This document shows positions 47,877-56,426 of a DNA stretch of 64,000 nt, one piece after another. Source of the DNA: a virus (lineage: Duplodnaviria > Caudoviricetes); IMG/VR virus record IMGVR_UViG_3300031605_001661, positions 1 to 64,000 of that record, one strand, 5' to 3'. The position numbers were made by a program, and so were the translations under genes. A model generated the notes under the pieces. The model searched no databases. It was not told the DNA's origin and saw only the letters and a program-made list of their open reading frames with translations. Position 1 is the stretch's first letter. The number at the start of each line of letters is the position of its first letter.

Positions 47877-48299
47877 AAAGTCCTCTGAATAAATGCTCCA
47901 ATTTTTAAATTTGTTTTTCATAAGCATGATGGTTGTTTTCATTAATGGGCTTACTTTCTGATTGTCTTTTATTTCCATCCAACTTTGCCATGAATGATAA
48001 TCTTCTGTTGCTTTTTTTTCATTAAAATTTATCACGGGGACGTGGATACAGTGTATTTTTCCCCATGACCCTAATATGACCCCTAATTTGATTGCTGGCA
48101 TGCACGATTCGTGCTTATTTTTTTTGTTATCAATAGTATATGATTTTGCTCGTTGTAGCCCTAATGTCTCCAAGAGGTCTATTGCATCTTCTAGTTCGCA
48201 ATTTTTAATTTCTTTTGTGGGCAGTTCCATGTCCTTATTCATAAAGATTGAGTTTGGACTATTCACAGACTTTGGAAATAAAATAATGTATTCGGACAT
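47841..48299 (-). CDS. Hypothetical protein
   Basis: 152-aa ORF. Confidence 0.5.
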   Translation of the reverse strand: MSEYIILFPKSVNSPNSIFMNKDMELPTKEIKNCELEDAIDLLETLGLQRAKSYTIDNKKNKHESCMPAIKLGVILGSWGKIHCIHVPVINFNEKKATEDYHSWQSWMEIKDNQKVSPLMKTTIMLMKNKFKNWSIYSEDFSSSSICMHWNN

Positions 48300-48359
48300 T
48301 CTTAAAATCTATATAAAATATTTTTATTATTAATAGATAATTAAAACAAAGGAGGTTTT

Positions 48360-48449
48360 ATGTGTGATTGTAGTTGTGAGCATTGTGTGGAAGATTGTTG
48401 TTTGAATAACGAACACCCATGTTGTGATGAGTGCACTTGTTGCGAATAG
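48360..48449 (+). CDS. 29-aa metallothionein-like Cys-rich peptide (absent from the ORF track)
   Basis: AAGGAGG RBS, then MCDCSCEHCVEDCCLNNEHPCCDECTCCE* (11 Cys, 2 His). Confidence 0.7.
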   Translation: MCDCSCEHCVEDCCLNNEHPCCDECTCCE

Positions 48450-48481
48450 AATAATTCATTTTTATTTTTATGCAACCCCAT

Positions 48482-48754
48482 TTAAATCGGGGTTTCAATA
48501 AAAATTGGAGTATGTGTTCCCATATAAGCGGACACAACATTAAACTCCATCCATTCTATAGCCTCTTCATGTGACATGCTTTGGTTCATTAGTGTTTGGA
48601 TGCATTTGTCGTAACTATAAGTCACGACTGGCGAGCTTCCTGCTCCTGCTTTTCTGCAAATGCCTATAATGGCATCATCAAATCCGTCTGCAAATAAGGC
48701 TTCTGGATTTTCTTCTTCCATTATTTCTTCCATTATATCTTTTATTTCATTCAT
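48482..48754 (-). CDS. Conserved phage hypothetical protein
   Basis: ADGFDDAIIG...Y...C...L...M..EEA.EW..FNV..AY.G..TP.F pattern common in aquatic phages. Confidence 0.75.
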   Translation of the reverse strand: MNEIKDIMEEIMEEENPEALFADGFDDAIIGICRKAGAGSSPVVTYSYDKCIQTLMNQSMSHEEAIEWMEFNVVSAYMGTHTPIFIETPI

Positions 48755-49013
48755 TTTTTTCTTCTCCGAAAAATCCTTTGGGGTATTCCATTTTTACAAC
48801 TCCATTATTATTTGTTTTTTCTCCTGTTTCAGCATCTTCCGTCCACCATCTTACTTGTTGAATTTCGATTCCTAATTCCTCCATGTGACACTTATCTTCG
48901 GGAGAGACAGGCATATTATATCGCTCTCCTTCGTGCAAAACGGTTATTTTGCATCTTTGTTCGGAGGATTCGTATAATCTACAATTACCGCAAATTTTCT
49001 TAATTTTATTCAT
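48747..49013 (-). CDS. Small Cys-motif protein
   Basis: CGNC.L...C...C. Confidence 0.6.
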   Translation of the reverse strand: MNKIKKICGNCRLYESSEQRCKITVLHEGERYNMPVSPEDKCHMEELGIEIQQVRWWTEDAETGEKTNNNGVVKMEYPKGFFGEEKNE

Positions 49014-49122
49014 CTTGAATAATGATAGTATATTTAATATCCTTTATCAATGGTTTAATTTTATAGGTAGCAATGACATTAATATCCTTTATGGTTTTTG
49101 ATTTCATAGGGAGCAATGAGTT

Positions 49123-49716
49123 ATGGTAAATATTGTAGGGTTTGCAGGCCAGATGCAGAATGGAAAGGATACAGCGGCAGATTATCTGTTTGAAAAAATT
49201 AAATTTAAATGGGCGGATGTAGAGCGAGCGTCTTTTGCTGACAATGTTAAACGAATATTTTGTGAGACTTTTAATGTAGATCGCTCTTTTGTGGAAGAGT
49301 GGAAAACAAAGTCAGAAATTCCTGAAGGTTTTGATTTGCCGGTGAGACAGGGCTTGCAGCAGATCGGTGATGGGTTTAGAAAAATTCAGGGCAAAATTTG
49401 GATAGAACTTGCTTTTAGAGATAGGGTAAGATCTGCAATATTTTCTGATGTAAGATATATTAATGAGCTTAAAAAGATTAAAAAAGTTGGGGGAACAACG
49501 GTGTTGGTGTGGAGGCCAGGTCACGAGAATGAGGACCCTAATGGTTCTGAAGCTCAAATAAGGCCATTGGTAGATTGGTTTGCATTACACCCGTGTTCGA
49601 CCCCTGCCCCCTTTCTGTCGCCAGAGGGTGCTGAGTATGTTGACCATTTTTTAGTAAATGATGGATCGATAGAGGATTTGTATAGCAAAGTGGACGATAT
49701 TGTTTTGAGTTTATAA
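49123..49716 (+). CDS. Deoxynucleoside monophosphate kinase (T4 gp1-like)
   Basis: GFAGQMQNGKDT.A, SFAD.VK, R..LQ.IG...R, DVRY.NE, SE, NDGSIEDL. Confidence 0.88.
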   Translation: MVNIVGFAGQMQNGKDTAADYLFEKIKFKWADVERASFADNVKRIFCETFNVDRSFVEEWKTKSEIPEGFDLPVRQGLQQIGDGFRKIQGKIWIELAFRDRVRSAIFSDVRYINELKKIKKVGGTTVLVWRPGHENEDPNGSEAQIRPLVDWFALHPCSTPAPFLSPEGAEYVDHFLVNDGSIEDLYSKVDDIVLSL

Positions 49717-50846
49717 TGAAAATCGCTGCAATAATACAAGCACATAATGACGATGATGTCGTCTTGGATACTATAGACTCTGTCAAGAGGTGGATGACCA
49801 CGGATATTTTGACGGTGATGGATGGTGTATCTTGGGATGATCTTGATAAAGATAAATTTTCTTCATCTCATCTTGTTAGGGGGCTTAATCATGGTCTTCC
49901 TAATAATCCTTATCGTAATGTTTTTTTTGGTTTGAAACAGGTATATGATAAATGGCCTGATAAGGATTGGTATTGTTATTTAGAATATGATTGCTTAGTC
50001 ACTTCTAATTCTTTTGAATCAGATTTGAAAAAAGCTGAAAAATCGAATTATTGGGTGCTGGGCACAGATCTTAGGATGAAGAAGTGCAAGTTCCCTTTTG
50101 TAGAAAAAATAATTGATAAGAAATTTAATGAAACTTTTTATATTCTTGGATGTTTTTATTTTTTACACAGAGACTATCTTTCTGCTCTTAATGATTTGAA
50201 TTTTTTTGATAAATTTTTAAGTTTGACGAACCATTTTTCTAATGGGTTTTTCCCTATGGGTGCAGGAGGAGGACTATCTGGGAAGCTTGGTCAATTCCCA
50301 CGACCGCACCCGCATGATGCTCAGAACATGGCAGGTGTCTTTGATCTTTCAGAAGAATTGATACCGACTTTGGCTTATTATTTAGGGGGCAAAATTGGTT
50401 CTTTATCTTTTTGGGGGGATGGATCTACTCATCCCCACAATTCTGTTGCGGGGGTCAATGGAATGCCAACAACCAGTCAGACGGCAACTCATAATTCTTT
50501 GGGATGGTATGGGAATTATAGAAAATACCCAGTTAGGTGGAAACCAGACTTAAATGAGAATGAGAATTTTATTGAGTCTGCAATAATGCATCCTTTGAAA
50601 ACCTATGATCATCCGATACGCCAGTATCATAGACATATGCGAGATTCTGCCTTAGTTGCAGCATGTTCGGAATATGTGGATGCAAAAATTTATCCTTCTT
50701 TAATAGACATTAATTGGTTCCATCAAAATGGTGTTTTTAATGTAAACGTAAAAGATGAAATCGGACGATTGTGGAACATCACATCGGATGATGGGAAGGG
50801 GGTGACTGGGATTTCAATGTCTGGTCCGTTTGATTTTTCTTTTTAA
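49716..50846 (+). CDS. Putative GT-A fold glycosyltransferase
   Basis: DWYCYLEYDCLV (DxD-like), C-terminal HPLK. Confidence 0.5.
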   Translation: MKIAAIIQAHNDDDVVLDTIDSVKRWMTTDILTVMDGVSWDDLDKDKFSSSHLVRGLNHGLPNNPYRNVFFGLKQVYDKWPDKDWYCYLEYDCLVTSNSFESDLKKAEKSNYWVLGTDLRMKKCKFPFVEKIIDKKFNETFYILGCFYFLHRDYLSALNDLNFFDKFLSLTNHFSNGFFPMGAGGGLSGKLGQFPRPHPHDAQNMAGVFDLSEELIPTLAYYLGGKIGSLSFWGDGSTHPHNSVAGVNGMPTTSQTATHNSLGWYGNYRKYPVRWKPDLNENENFIESAIMHPLKTYDHPIRQYHRHMRDSALVAACSEYVDAKIYPSLIDINWFHQNGVFNVNVKDEIGRLWNITSDDGKGVTGISMSGPFDFSF

Positions 50847-51485
50847 TTTTCCGATTCCCACTTCTGTCATTACAACAAATTCCCATCCACGATGTTTGCA
50901 ATAATCATTGCATGCGGTCCATTTGGAATGATTAACATCCAGCATTGTCTGGGATGCGGGTTTAATTTCCCATATTTCTATTCGGCCATCGGAAAATTTA
51001 ACAGATAAATCAGGAGTATACTTTCTTTGTTTTCCTTTATGAACGTATGGAACTTTGAATGGCTCAACATCATATGCTAGAACTTCTGAGATTAATTCTA
51101 GACATCCATACACGTCGCACTCATATCCAGACCTATAGTGCATTTCTTTTCCTCCCATTTTTTTTGAAGTAAAGAAACCTTCTCTGAACACTGGTTTTCT
51201 GGTTTTGGGCTTTGCTCCTTTTTTCTTATGGTCTTTCCATATCATTGCTTTCATTTGGCCTTTTTTGGGCATAGTTTCGTGAGGATGTTTTGCTTTGAAA
51301 TGCATTCTTATATCTCTCACTGGGGCTTTACATCGTTCAAGAGAGCAAATTACATACTCTCTTCCTTCCTCGTGCGATTCTAGTATGTGAGTTTTGAATA
51401 AATCAAAATCTTGGAACATTATTCCACATACAAAGCACTGGTATTTTCTTTTGTCTTTGTTGGAATTATCGAAGGGGAGGGTCAT
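50814..51485 (-). CDS. TnsA-like / T4 gp4-like PD-(D/E)xK endonuclease with N-terminal C2H2 zinc fingers
   Basis: YRSGYE, EP..VPY, YTPD, EIKP, KW...YC...GWEF.V.TE; C-x2-C-x12-H-x4-H finger. Confidence 0.8.
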   Translation of the reverse strand: MTLPFDNSNKDKRKYQCFVCGIMFQDFDLFKTHILESHEEGREYVICSLERCKAPVRDIRMHFKAKHPHETMPKKGQMKAMIWKDHKKKGAKPKTRKPVFREGFFTSKKMGGKEMHYRSGYECDVYGCLELISEVLAYDVEPFKVPYVHKGKQRKYTPDLSVKFSDGRIEIWEIKPASQTMLDVNHSKWTACNDYCKHRGWEFVVMTEVGIGKLKRKIKRTRH

Positions 51486-51844
51486 TCGCTGAGTTTTTCT
51501 TTTATTTCTTTAATGTCAATTATTTTCATTTTATCAACATCTTCTTCCGAAAATGTCTTTTCTAGTTTTGACGTAGAGTCGTCTTCCGCATGTCTGTCAA
51601 TTAGTCTTTTTATGTTAATTGCTGAAAACGTAGGTTTTTCGTCAAGGCTTAATGGAGGGCCTTTATCTGATTTATCTTTCATTCTTGCAAACATGACACG
51701 ATTTTCTTCTGTTCCGCCATAGATATTTTTGCCTTTTTTGAAAAAGAATATTAAGTCTTGGCTCTTTACAAGTTCGTCTATTTTGCTTTCTTTTAGACAT
51801 ATATCCATAAAATTTCTAAAACTATAAAAACGTGTAGACTTCAT
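51482..51844 (-). CDS. Hypothetical protein (leader-like SFRNFM...LKE)
   Basis: 120-aa ORF with AAGGA RBS. Confidence 0.6.
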   Translation of the reverse strand: MKSTRFYSFRNFMDICLKESKIDELVKSQDLIFFFKKGKNIYGGTEENRVMFARMKDKSDKGPPLSLDEKPTFSAINIKRLIDRHAEDDSTSKLEKTFSEEDVDKMKIIDIKEIKEKLSE

Positions 51845-51898
51845 TATGATTTTCCTTTATTAAGATCTGTATAATATATATTTAGAGCGAGGTAAAAA

Positions 51899-52234
51899 AT
51901 GCAATTTAAAGAATGGTTTACAGAAGATGCTGATTTTGTCACATCACTTAGTGATGAGCTTAATATTCGTCCTAAAGATTTAAAAAATATTATTGTTGCT
52001 AATTTCACGTTGAATGGTAAGAGTTATAATTTGGCTTCCATTGATGTTGAATTAGTTAAGAATGGCGCATTGATTAAGATAAATAGTGATAAGCATCCTC
52101 ATTTGGCACAGAAAATAGTGAAAAATGGCAAGCGAACTAGCCAGCCAGATAAAGATACGCACTTTGTTGACAAAGACACCCTCACGAAAATTCTTATGCA
52201 AGGGTATGAGCAAGCAGGCGAAGCGCCAGTTTGA
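51899..52234 (+). CDS. Hypothetical protein with targeting leader (MQFKEWFTE)
   Basis: GAGG RBS; ATATATA box upstream. Confidence 0.65.
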   Translation: MQFKEWFTEDADFVTSLSDELNIRPKDLKNIIVANFTLNGKSYNLASIDVELVKNGALIKINSDKHPHLAQKIVKNGKRTSQPDKDTHFVDKDTLTKILMQGYEQAGEAPV

Positions 52235-52235
52235 A

Positions 52236-52304
52236 ATGAAATCATTTTCGAATTGGCTGGTAGGAAAAGAAAACATAGGCCCTGATAGGCATTGGAGTAT
52301 TTGA
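52236..52304 (+). CDS. 22-aa leader-only mini-ORF MKSFSNWLVGKENIGPDRHWSI
   Basis: Fits exactly between neighbours (TGA-A-ATG at both ends). Confidence 0.45.
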   Translation: MKSFSNWLVGKENIGPDRHWSI

Positions 52305-52305
52305 A

Positions 52306-52767
52306 ATGAATTTTAAAAAGTGGTTTTGCGACATTGAGGAAGTGGCTACTACTACGGCTAGCGTTGCTGGATTTATGAGAAGAGTTGGTTCTCCGACAAG
52401 ACGAAAGTGGCCGGGCCTAACAGAAGATCCTTTTTTTAAGAAAAAGAAGAAAAAAGGATGTAAGTCTTATGGTGCTGAAGCCCCCGCCAAGGGAATGGGC
52501 GGGAGTTGCCAGTTGCAAGAGTTTGATGGAAATTTTGTAAGTAATTCTTATGAGCCTTCTGTAGGGGATGAGATTGTCAATAACAACCCTAAATGCAAGC
52601 ATTATAAAAGTCGGGGAATTGTTTTAAAAATTAATATTCTTCCTAAGGACAATGGTAAAACTGCTACATATTCTTGCACTAATAATGGCCCATTGTGGGA
52701 AAAAGACGATCTTCTTACTAAAACCATGGATCAATTAATGCCAGCAGAGTCAACTTGCGAAGATTAG
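52306..52767 (+). CDS. Hypothetical protein with targeting leader (MNFKKWF...IEE)
   Basis: GGAG RBS; C-terminal VGD.I.N.NP.CKHY.S.G.V small beta domain. Confidence 0.65.
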   Translation: MNFKKWFCDIEEVATTTASVAGFMRRVGSPTRRKWPGLTEDPFFKKKKKKGCKSYGAEAPAKGMGGSCQLQEFDGNFVSNSYEPSVGDEIVNNNPKCKHYKSRGIVLKINILPKDNGKTATYSCTNNGPLWEKDDLLTKTMDQLMPAESTCED

Positions 52768-52771
52768 TTTA

Positions 52772-52813
52772 ATGAATTTTAAAAAATGGTTATTTGATAT
52801 TAATAAAACTTGA
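52772..52813 (+). pseudogene. 13-aa leader-only remnant MNFKKWLFDINKT
   Basis: DNA nearly identical to the start of the 52306 gene (atgaattttaaaaa(g/a)tggtt). Confidence 0.45.
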
Positions 52814-52838
52814 TCTTATATTTTTATTTTGTTAAAAT
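52810..52838 (+). promoter_or_regulatory. Sigma70-like promoter for thyA
   Basis: TTGATC-17 nt-TAAAAT with TG extended -10. Confidence 0.5.
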
Positions 52839-52869
52839 CATTCAAGGCAATTATAACGGGAGCCTTGAG

Positions 52870-53733
52870 ATGTCTTATATTTTAAAATCGTATGACGATG
52901 CTCTTGAAAACATTTTGAGTAATGGGGTCAAGAAGGTTAACCGTACCGGGATTGAAACAGTCGCAGTGTTTGGCCTGCAATCTCGTTATTTAATTAAAGA
53001 CCAATTCCCTCTTTTGACGGGCAGGAAAGTTTGGCCCAAGTCGATATTCGCTGAGTTGCTTTGGTTTCTTTCTGGTTCAACTTTAAATAGCGATCTACAA
53101 AAATTAGAATCTAACATATGGACTCCGTGGGTGGATGAAGATTTTGAAAGAAAAAATGGATATGTTGAAGGAGCATTTGGCCCGGTGTATGGGTTCCAAT
53201 TACGTCATTTTGGCGGGGAATATGCCAATGGAGATGTTGGCAATCCTAATTATGGAAAGGGCGGATTCGATCAACTTAGTTGGATGGTGAATAGAATAAA
53301 AGAAAATCCTGATTGTAGAAGAATATTATTTTCATTATGGAACCCAAGTCAAATGGGCGGAATGAGACTTCCTCCTTGTCATTATACATTTCAAATATTT
53401 ACTCATGAAAACAGAATGAGCGGGATGTTAACTCAAAGGAGTTGTGATTTCCCTGTCGGAGTTCCTGCTAACATTCAATTTTACAGTGCTTTAATTTATA
53501 TGTTGGCACAACAAACAGGATTTGAGCCTTATGAATTTGTCCATTCAACTGTGGACAGTCATATTTATGTAGATCAGATTCCTGCTGTTGAGGAGTATTT
53601 GTCTAGAACCAAACCACATTCTCCTAGGTTGGCGTTGAATAAGGCAAAAGATATTTTTTCCTATTCTTTAGAAGATTTTGGTATTGTGGACTATAATCCC
53701 GAATCTAAAATCCCAATGCCGGTGGCCGTTTGA
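52870..53733 (+). CDS. thyA: Thymidylate synthase
   Basis: RTG, FPLLT, ELLWFLSG, IW..W, GPVYGFQLR, DQL, LPPCH, QRSCD...GVPANI, HIY; GGAG RBS before ATG 52870. Confidence 0.97.
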   Translation: MSYILKSYDDALENILSNGVKKVNRTGIETVAVFGLQSRYLIKDQFPLLTGRKVWPKSIFAELLWFLSGSTLNSDLQKLESNIWTPWVDEDFERKNGYVEGAFGPVYGFQLRHFGGEYANGDVGNPNYGKGGFDQLSWMVNRIKENPDCRRILFSLWNPSQMGGMRLPPCHYTFQIFTHENRMSGMLTQRSCDFPVGVPANIQFYSALIYMLAQQTGFEPYEFVHSTVDSHIYVDQIPAVEEYLSRTKPHSPRLALNKAKDIFSYSLEDFGIVDYNPESKIPMPVAV

Positions 53734-54014
53734 TGATTTATATTGTAGAAGAAATCGTCCCCGTTAAAAAATTCTATGTTGTTGAATCTGAAGGAAAACC
53801 TGATTTAAGTGATGGCTCAAATAGTGATGAATTTATGTATCTTGATTCATGGGACGAGGAAAATTGGGATAAGGCGAAATATAAATCCAGAAAGCCAACG
53901 GATAAAGAATTAGATGATTATTCTTTTAAAAAAAGGCTATCTTGGATAGAGCAAATGAAAGCTCCTGCTCCTGAACCCGAACCGAAAAGAAAACGGAGCC
54001 GTCGTAAGAAATGA
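53733..54014 (+). CDS. Hypothetical protein between thyA and folA
   Basis: TGATG and ATGA overlaps with both neighbours. Confidence 0.6.
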   Translation: MIYIVEEIVPVKKFYVVESEGKPDLSDGSNSDEFMYLDSWDEENWDKAKYKSRKPTDKELDDYSFKKRLSWIEQMKAPAPEPEPKRKRSRRKK

Positions 54015-54538
54015 TAACAATATTAGTTGCATATGATCAAAATAGAGTTATTGGCAACAAAGGGGGAATCCCGTGGGATATTCCCAGAGACTGGCAGCTT
54101 TTTAAAAAAAGAACAGTTAACAATGTGGTTATCATGGGCAGGAAGACATGGGAATCTCTTCCTGTTAGACCATTGCCAGGTCGCACTAATATAGTTGTTT
54201 CTAAATCTATGGACGCAGGGGATGAAATTAGTTCTGGAGGGGCATTTTTTAATGGAATGCGACCTCTTTATGTTAAACGCAATTTGGAAGAAGCTGTTTT
54301 ATTCGCCAGAAATTTAGCGGCGAGATCTGCTCCCCAAAAAGAAGTTTTTGTAATCGGAGGGGGATTTGTTTATAAAGAGTCTCTTGAAATGGGCATAGTG
54401 GATAGGATTATTGCCACTAAGGTGAAAGGGAATTATGAAGGAGACGTATATTTCCCTGAGTTAAACGATAACTGGCAACCAGAAAATCTGGTTGCCAGTT
54501 ACAAGGAATTTGATGTTGTTGAATTTAGTAGGATTTAA
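54011..54538 (+). CDS. folA: Dihydrofolate reductase
   Basis: VIG..G.IPW..P.D...FK..T, VIMGRKTWESLP.RPLPGR.NIVVS, VIGGG.VY, GDVYFP. Confidence 0.96.
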   Translation: MITILVAYDQNRVIGNKGGIPWDIPRDWQLFKKRTVNNVVIMGRKTWESLPVRPLPGRTNIVVSKSMDAGDEISSGGAFFNGMRPLYVKRNLEEAVLFARNLAARSAPQKEVFVIGGGFVYKESLEMGIVDRIIATKVKGNYEGDVYFPELNDNWQPENLVASYKEFDVVEFSRI

Positions 54539-54571
54539 CTATAATAATGTAACACCATTTCTTTTCTCCGG

Positions 54572-54607
54572 GACCGGCATCTCTAATGTTTAGATGTCGG
54601 TCTTTTT
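54572..54607 (+). terminator. Rho-independent terminator after folA
   Basis: GACCGGCATCT...AGATGTCGGTC followed by T6. Confidence 0.8.
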
Positions 54608-55004
54608 ATATATCTACATATGGGTCGATTTTTATGAAGGCAATTGGTTTGTTGAATAATTCTTTTTCCACACTGTTGCTGTCGTCGTAGTGTTTTTTGG
54701 AATTAAGTTTTTTTAAGGTGGGCCATTTTGGTTTCATGTTTGTGCAAATTATTTTTTCTACTGGGAGGTTAAATTTTGTTATAAATTTTTCAATATGTGG
54801 TTTATGTTTTTGATATCTTTTTGTAACTATTATTATTCTATTTTTTTTAGAATCGTCTCTTAGACATTGATGCATTTCTTTGAAAGGAATCCATTCATCC
54901 CATTTTGTGTAGCTAATTGGACCAGTTTGCTTGACCGGCTTCATGCTTTTGTGTAGAACGCCATCAAAGTCATATGTTATTGTTGGTTTTAATTTCATCA
55001 TCAT
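54606..55004 (-). CDS. Small HAD-family hydrolase
   Basis: YDFDGVL, IVTKR, K, HYDDS; TATAAATA on the minus strand at 55007-55014. Confidence 0.75.
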   Translation of the reverse strand: MMMKLKPTITYDFDGVLHKSMKPVKQTGPISYTKWDEWIPFKEMHQCLRDDSKKNRIIIVTKRYQKHKPHIEKFITKFNLPVEKIICTNMKPKWPTLKKLNSKKHYDDSNSVEKELFNKPIAFIKIDPYVDI

Positions 55005-55030
55005 TTTATTTATATTACTAACTTATTTTT

Positions 55031-56413
55031 ATGAACATTATTGATTTTATCTCATTGGTTGAAAAGAAGAAACCAAGAATTTCTGTAGTTGGAGATTCTA
55101 TTGTAGATGAGTATTATCAGGTGCAAGCGGACAGGATAAGTCCTGAATTCCCAATACCAGTCATGACATCCCCTGATTCTAATTCTTTTAAGAGTTTGCC
55201 TGGGGGAGCAGCAAATGTAGTTTATCAATTTAGTCATTTTAATGTAGATGTAAAATTTTTCAGTTTAGTTGGAAGATATTCTAAGGAAATATTTAGGGAT
55301 TATAATATTGATATGTCGTATTGTATTGAATTTGACGACCAATCAGTTGAAGTCCCTATAAAAAGAAGATTTTATGATGGGGATTTTCCTTTAAGTAGAT
55401 GGGATGTAGAATCTGAAAATTATAGTTTGGCAGGTTCAGAGTTGGTTGATCACCAAAATAGAATCTTTCATCATGTTTGTAATTCTAATAGAGGCGTGCC
55501 AAAGTCGGTGGTGATTTTTTCAGATTATGACAAAGGGGTTTTTAGTGGTGTGGAGGAGAGTTTTGTTCCTCTTGATGTGGGGATCACTATTGTTGATCCT
55601 AAAAAAGGCCCAATAGAAAAGTGGATTGGGTGTTCTATTTTTAAGCCCAATGCTAAGGAGGCTTTTAATTTAAGTGGGATTCGTGATTGGAAGGAACAAT
55701 GTAAATGGTTTCAGGATATTCTTGGGTGCGAGAGTGTTGTGATTACTCATGGTGGCGATGGGGTTAAGGGTTTGGTGGGTAAAGATTATTTTGATATTGT
55801 TGGAAAATGTTCATTGGTCAATAGTGTTATAGGAGCAGGCGATTGTTTCACGGCTTTTTTAGCTATGGGGATTTCATGCGGACTAAGTGTTATAGAATCA
55901 TCATCTATCGCTTATGAGGCCAGTACTTTTTATGTTTCTAGGAAGTATAATGAGCCACTTTCTAGGTTCGATTTTTGTGGCAAATTTGTTAATATTGAAG
56001 AGTTGAATGATAGAAATTTTAAATTGGTATTTACTAATGGGTGCTTTGATTTAATCCACAGAGGCCATTTAGAGCTTTTAAAATATGCTAAGTCTTTGGG
56101 AGATAAATTGGTTGTTGCTGTGAACAGTGACTCAAGTGTTAAGAAGTTAAAGGGAAACTCTCGTCCGATTAACAATTTAATTGATAGAATGGAAGTGTTA
56201 TCTGGCTTGGAAGTAGTAGATTATGTTGTATCATTTGATGACATTACGCCTTATGGGGTCATTAAGGAAATATCTCCTGATATTCTCGTAAAGGGGTCAG
56301 ACTGGTCTGGAAATATAGTAGGTTCGGATCTGGTCTCAGAGGTTAAGGAATTTAAGTTGGTGGAAGATTTATCGACAACTTTAGTTATAGATAGAATAAA
56401 GAAAAGCTCTTGA
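55031..56413 (+). CDS. hldE: Bifunctional heptose-7-phosphate kinase / heptose-1-phosphate nucleotidyltransferase
   Basis: VGD..VDEY, RISPE.PIPV, PGGAANV, SDYDKG, VDPK, KPN.KE, GAGD; FTNGCFDLIHRGH, VAVNSD.SV..LKG..RP, VKG.DW, STT. Confidence 0.93.
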   Translation: MNIIDFISLVEKKKPRISVVGDSIVDEYYQVQADRISPEFPIPVMTSPDSNSFKSLPGGAANVVYQFSHFNVDVKFFSLVGRYSKEIFRDYNIDMSYCIEFDDQSVEVPIKRRFYDGDFPLSRWDVESENYSLAGSELVDHQNRIFHHVCNSNRGVPKSVVIFSDYDKGVFSGVEESFVPLDVGITIVDPKKGPIEKWIGCSIFKPNAKEAFNLSGIRDWKEQCKWFQDILGCESVVITHGGDGVKGLVGKDYFDIVGKCSLVNSVIGAGDCFTAFLAMGISCGLSVIESSSIAYEASTFYVSRKYNEPLSRFDFCGKFVNIEELNDRNFKLVFTNGCFDLIHRGHLELLKYAKSLGDKLVVAVNSDSSVKKLKGNSRPINNLIDRMEVLSGLEVVDYVVSFDDITPYGVIKEISPDILVKGSDWSGNIVGSDLVSEVKEFKLVEDLSTTLVIDRIKKSS

Positions 56414-56426
56414 AAAAGGAAGAATA

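Noticed and set aside
48358-48540. 60-aa minus-strand ORF in the track
   Set aside because: It is antisense to the RBS-supported Cys-rich peptide and overlaps the 48482-48754 gene.
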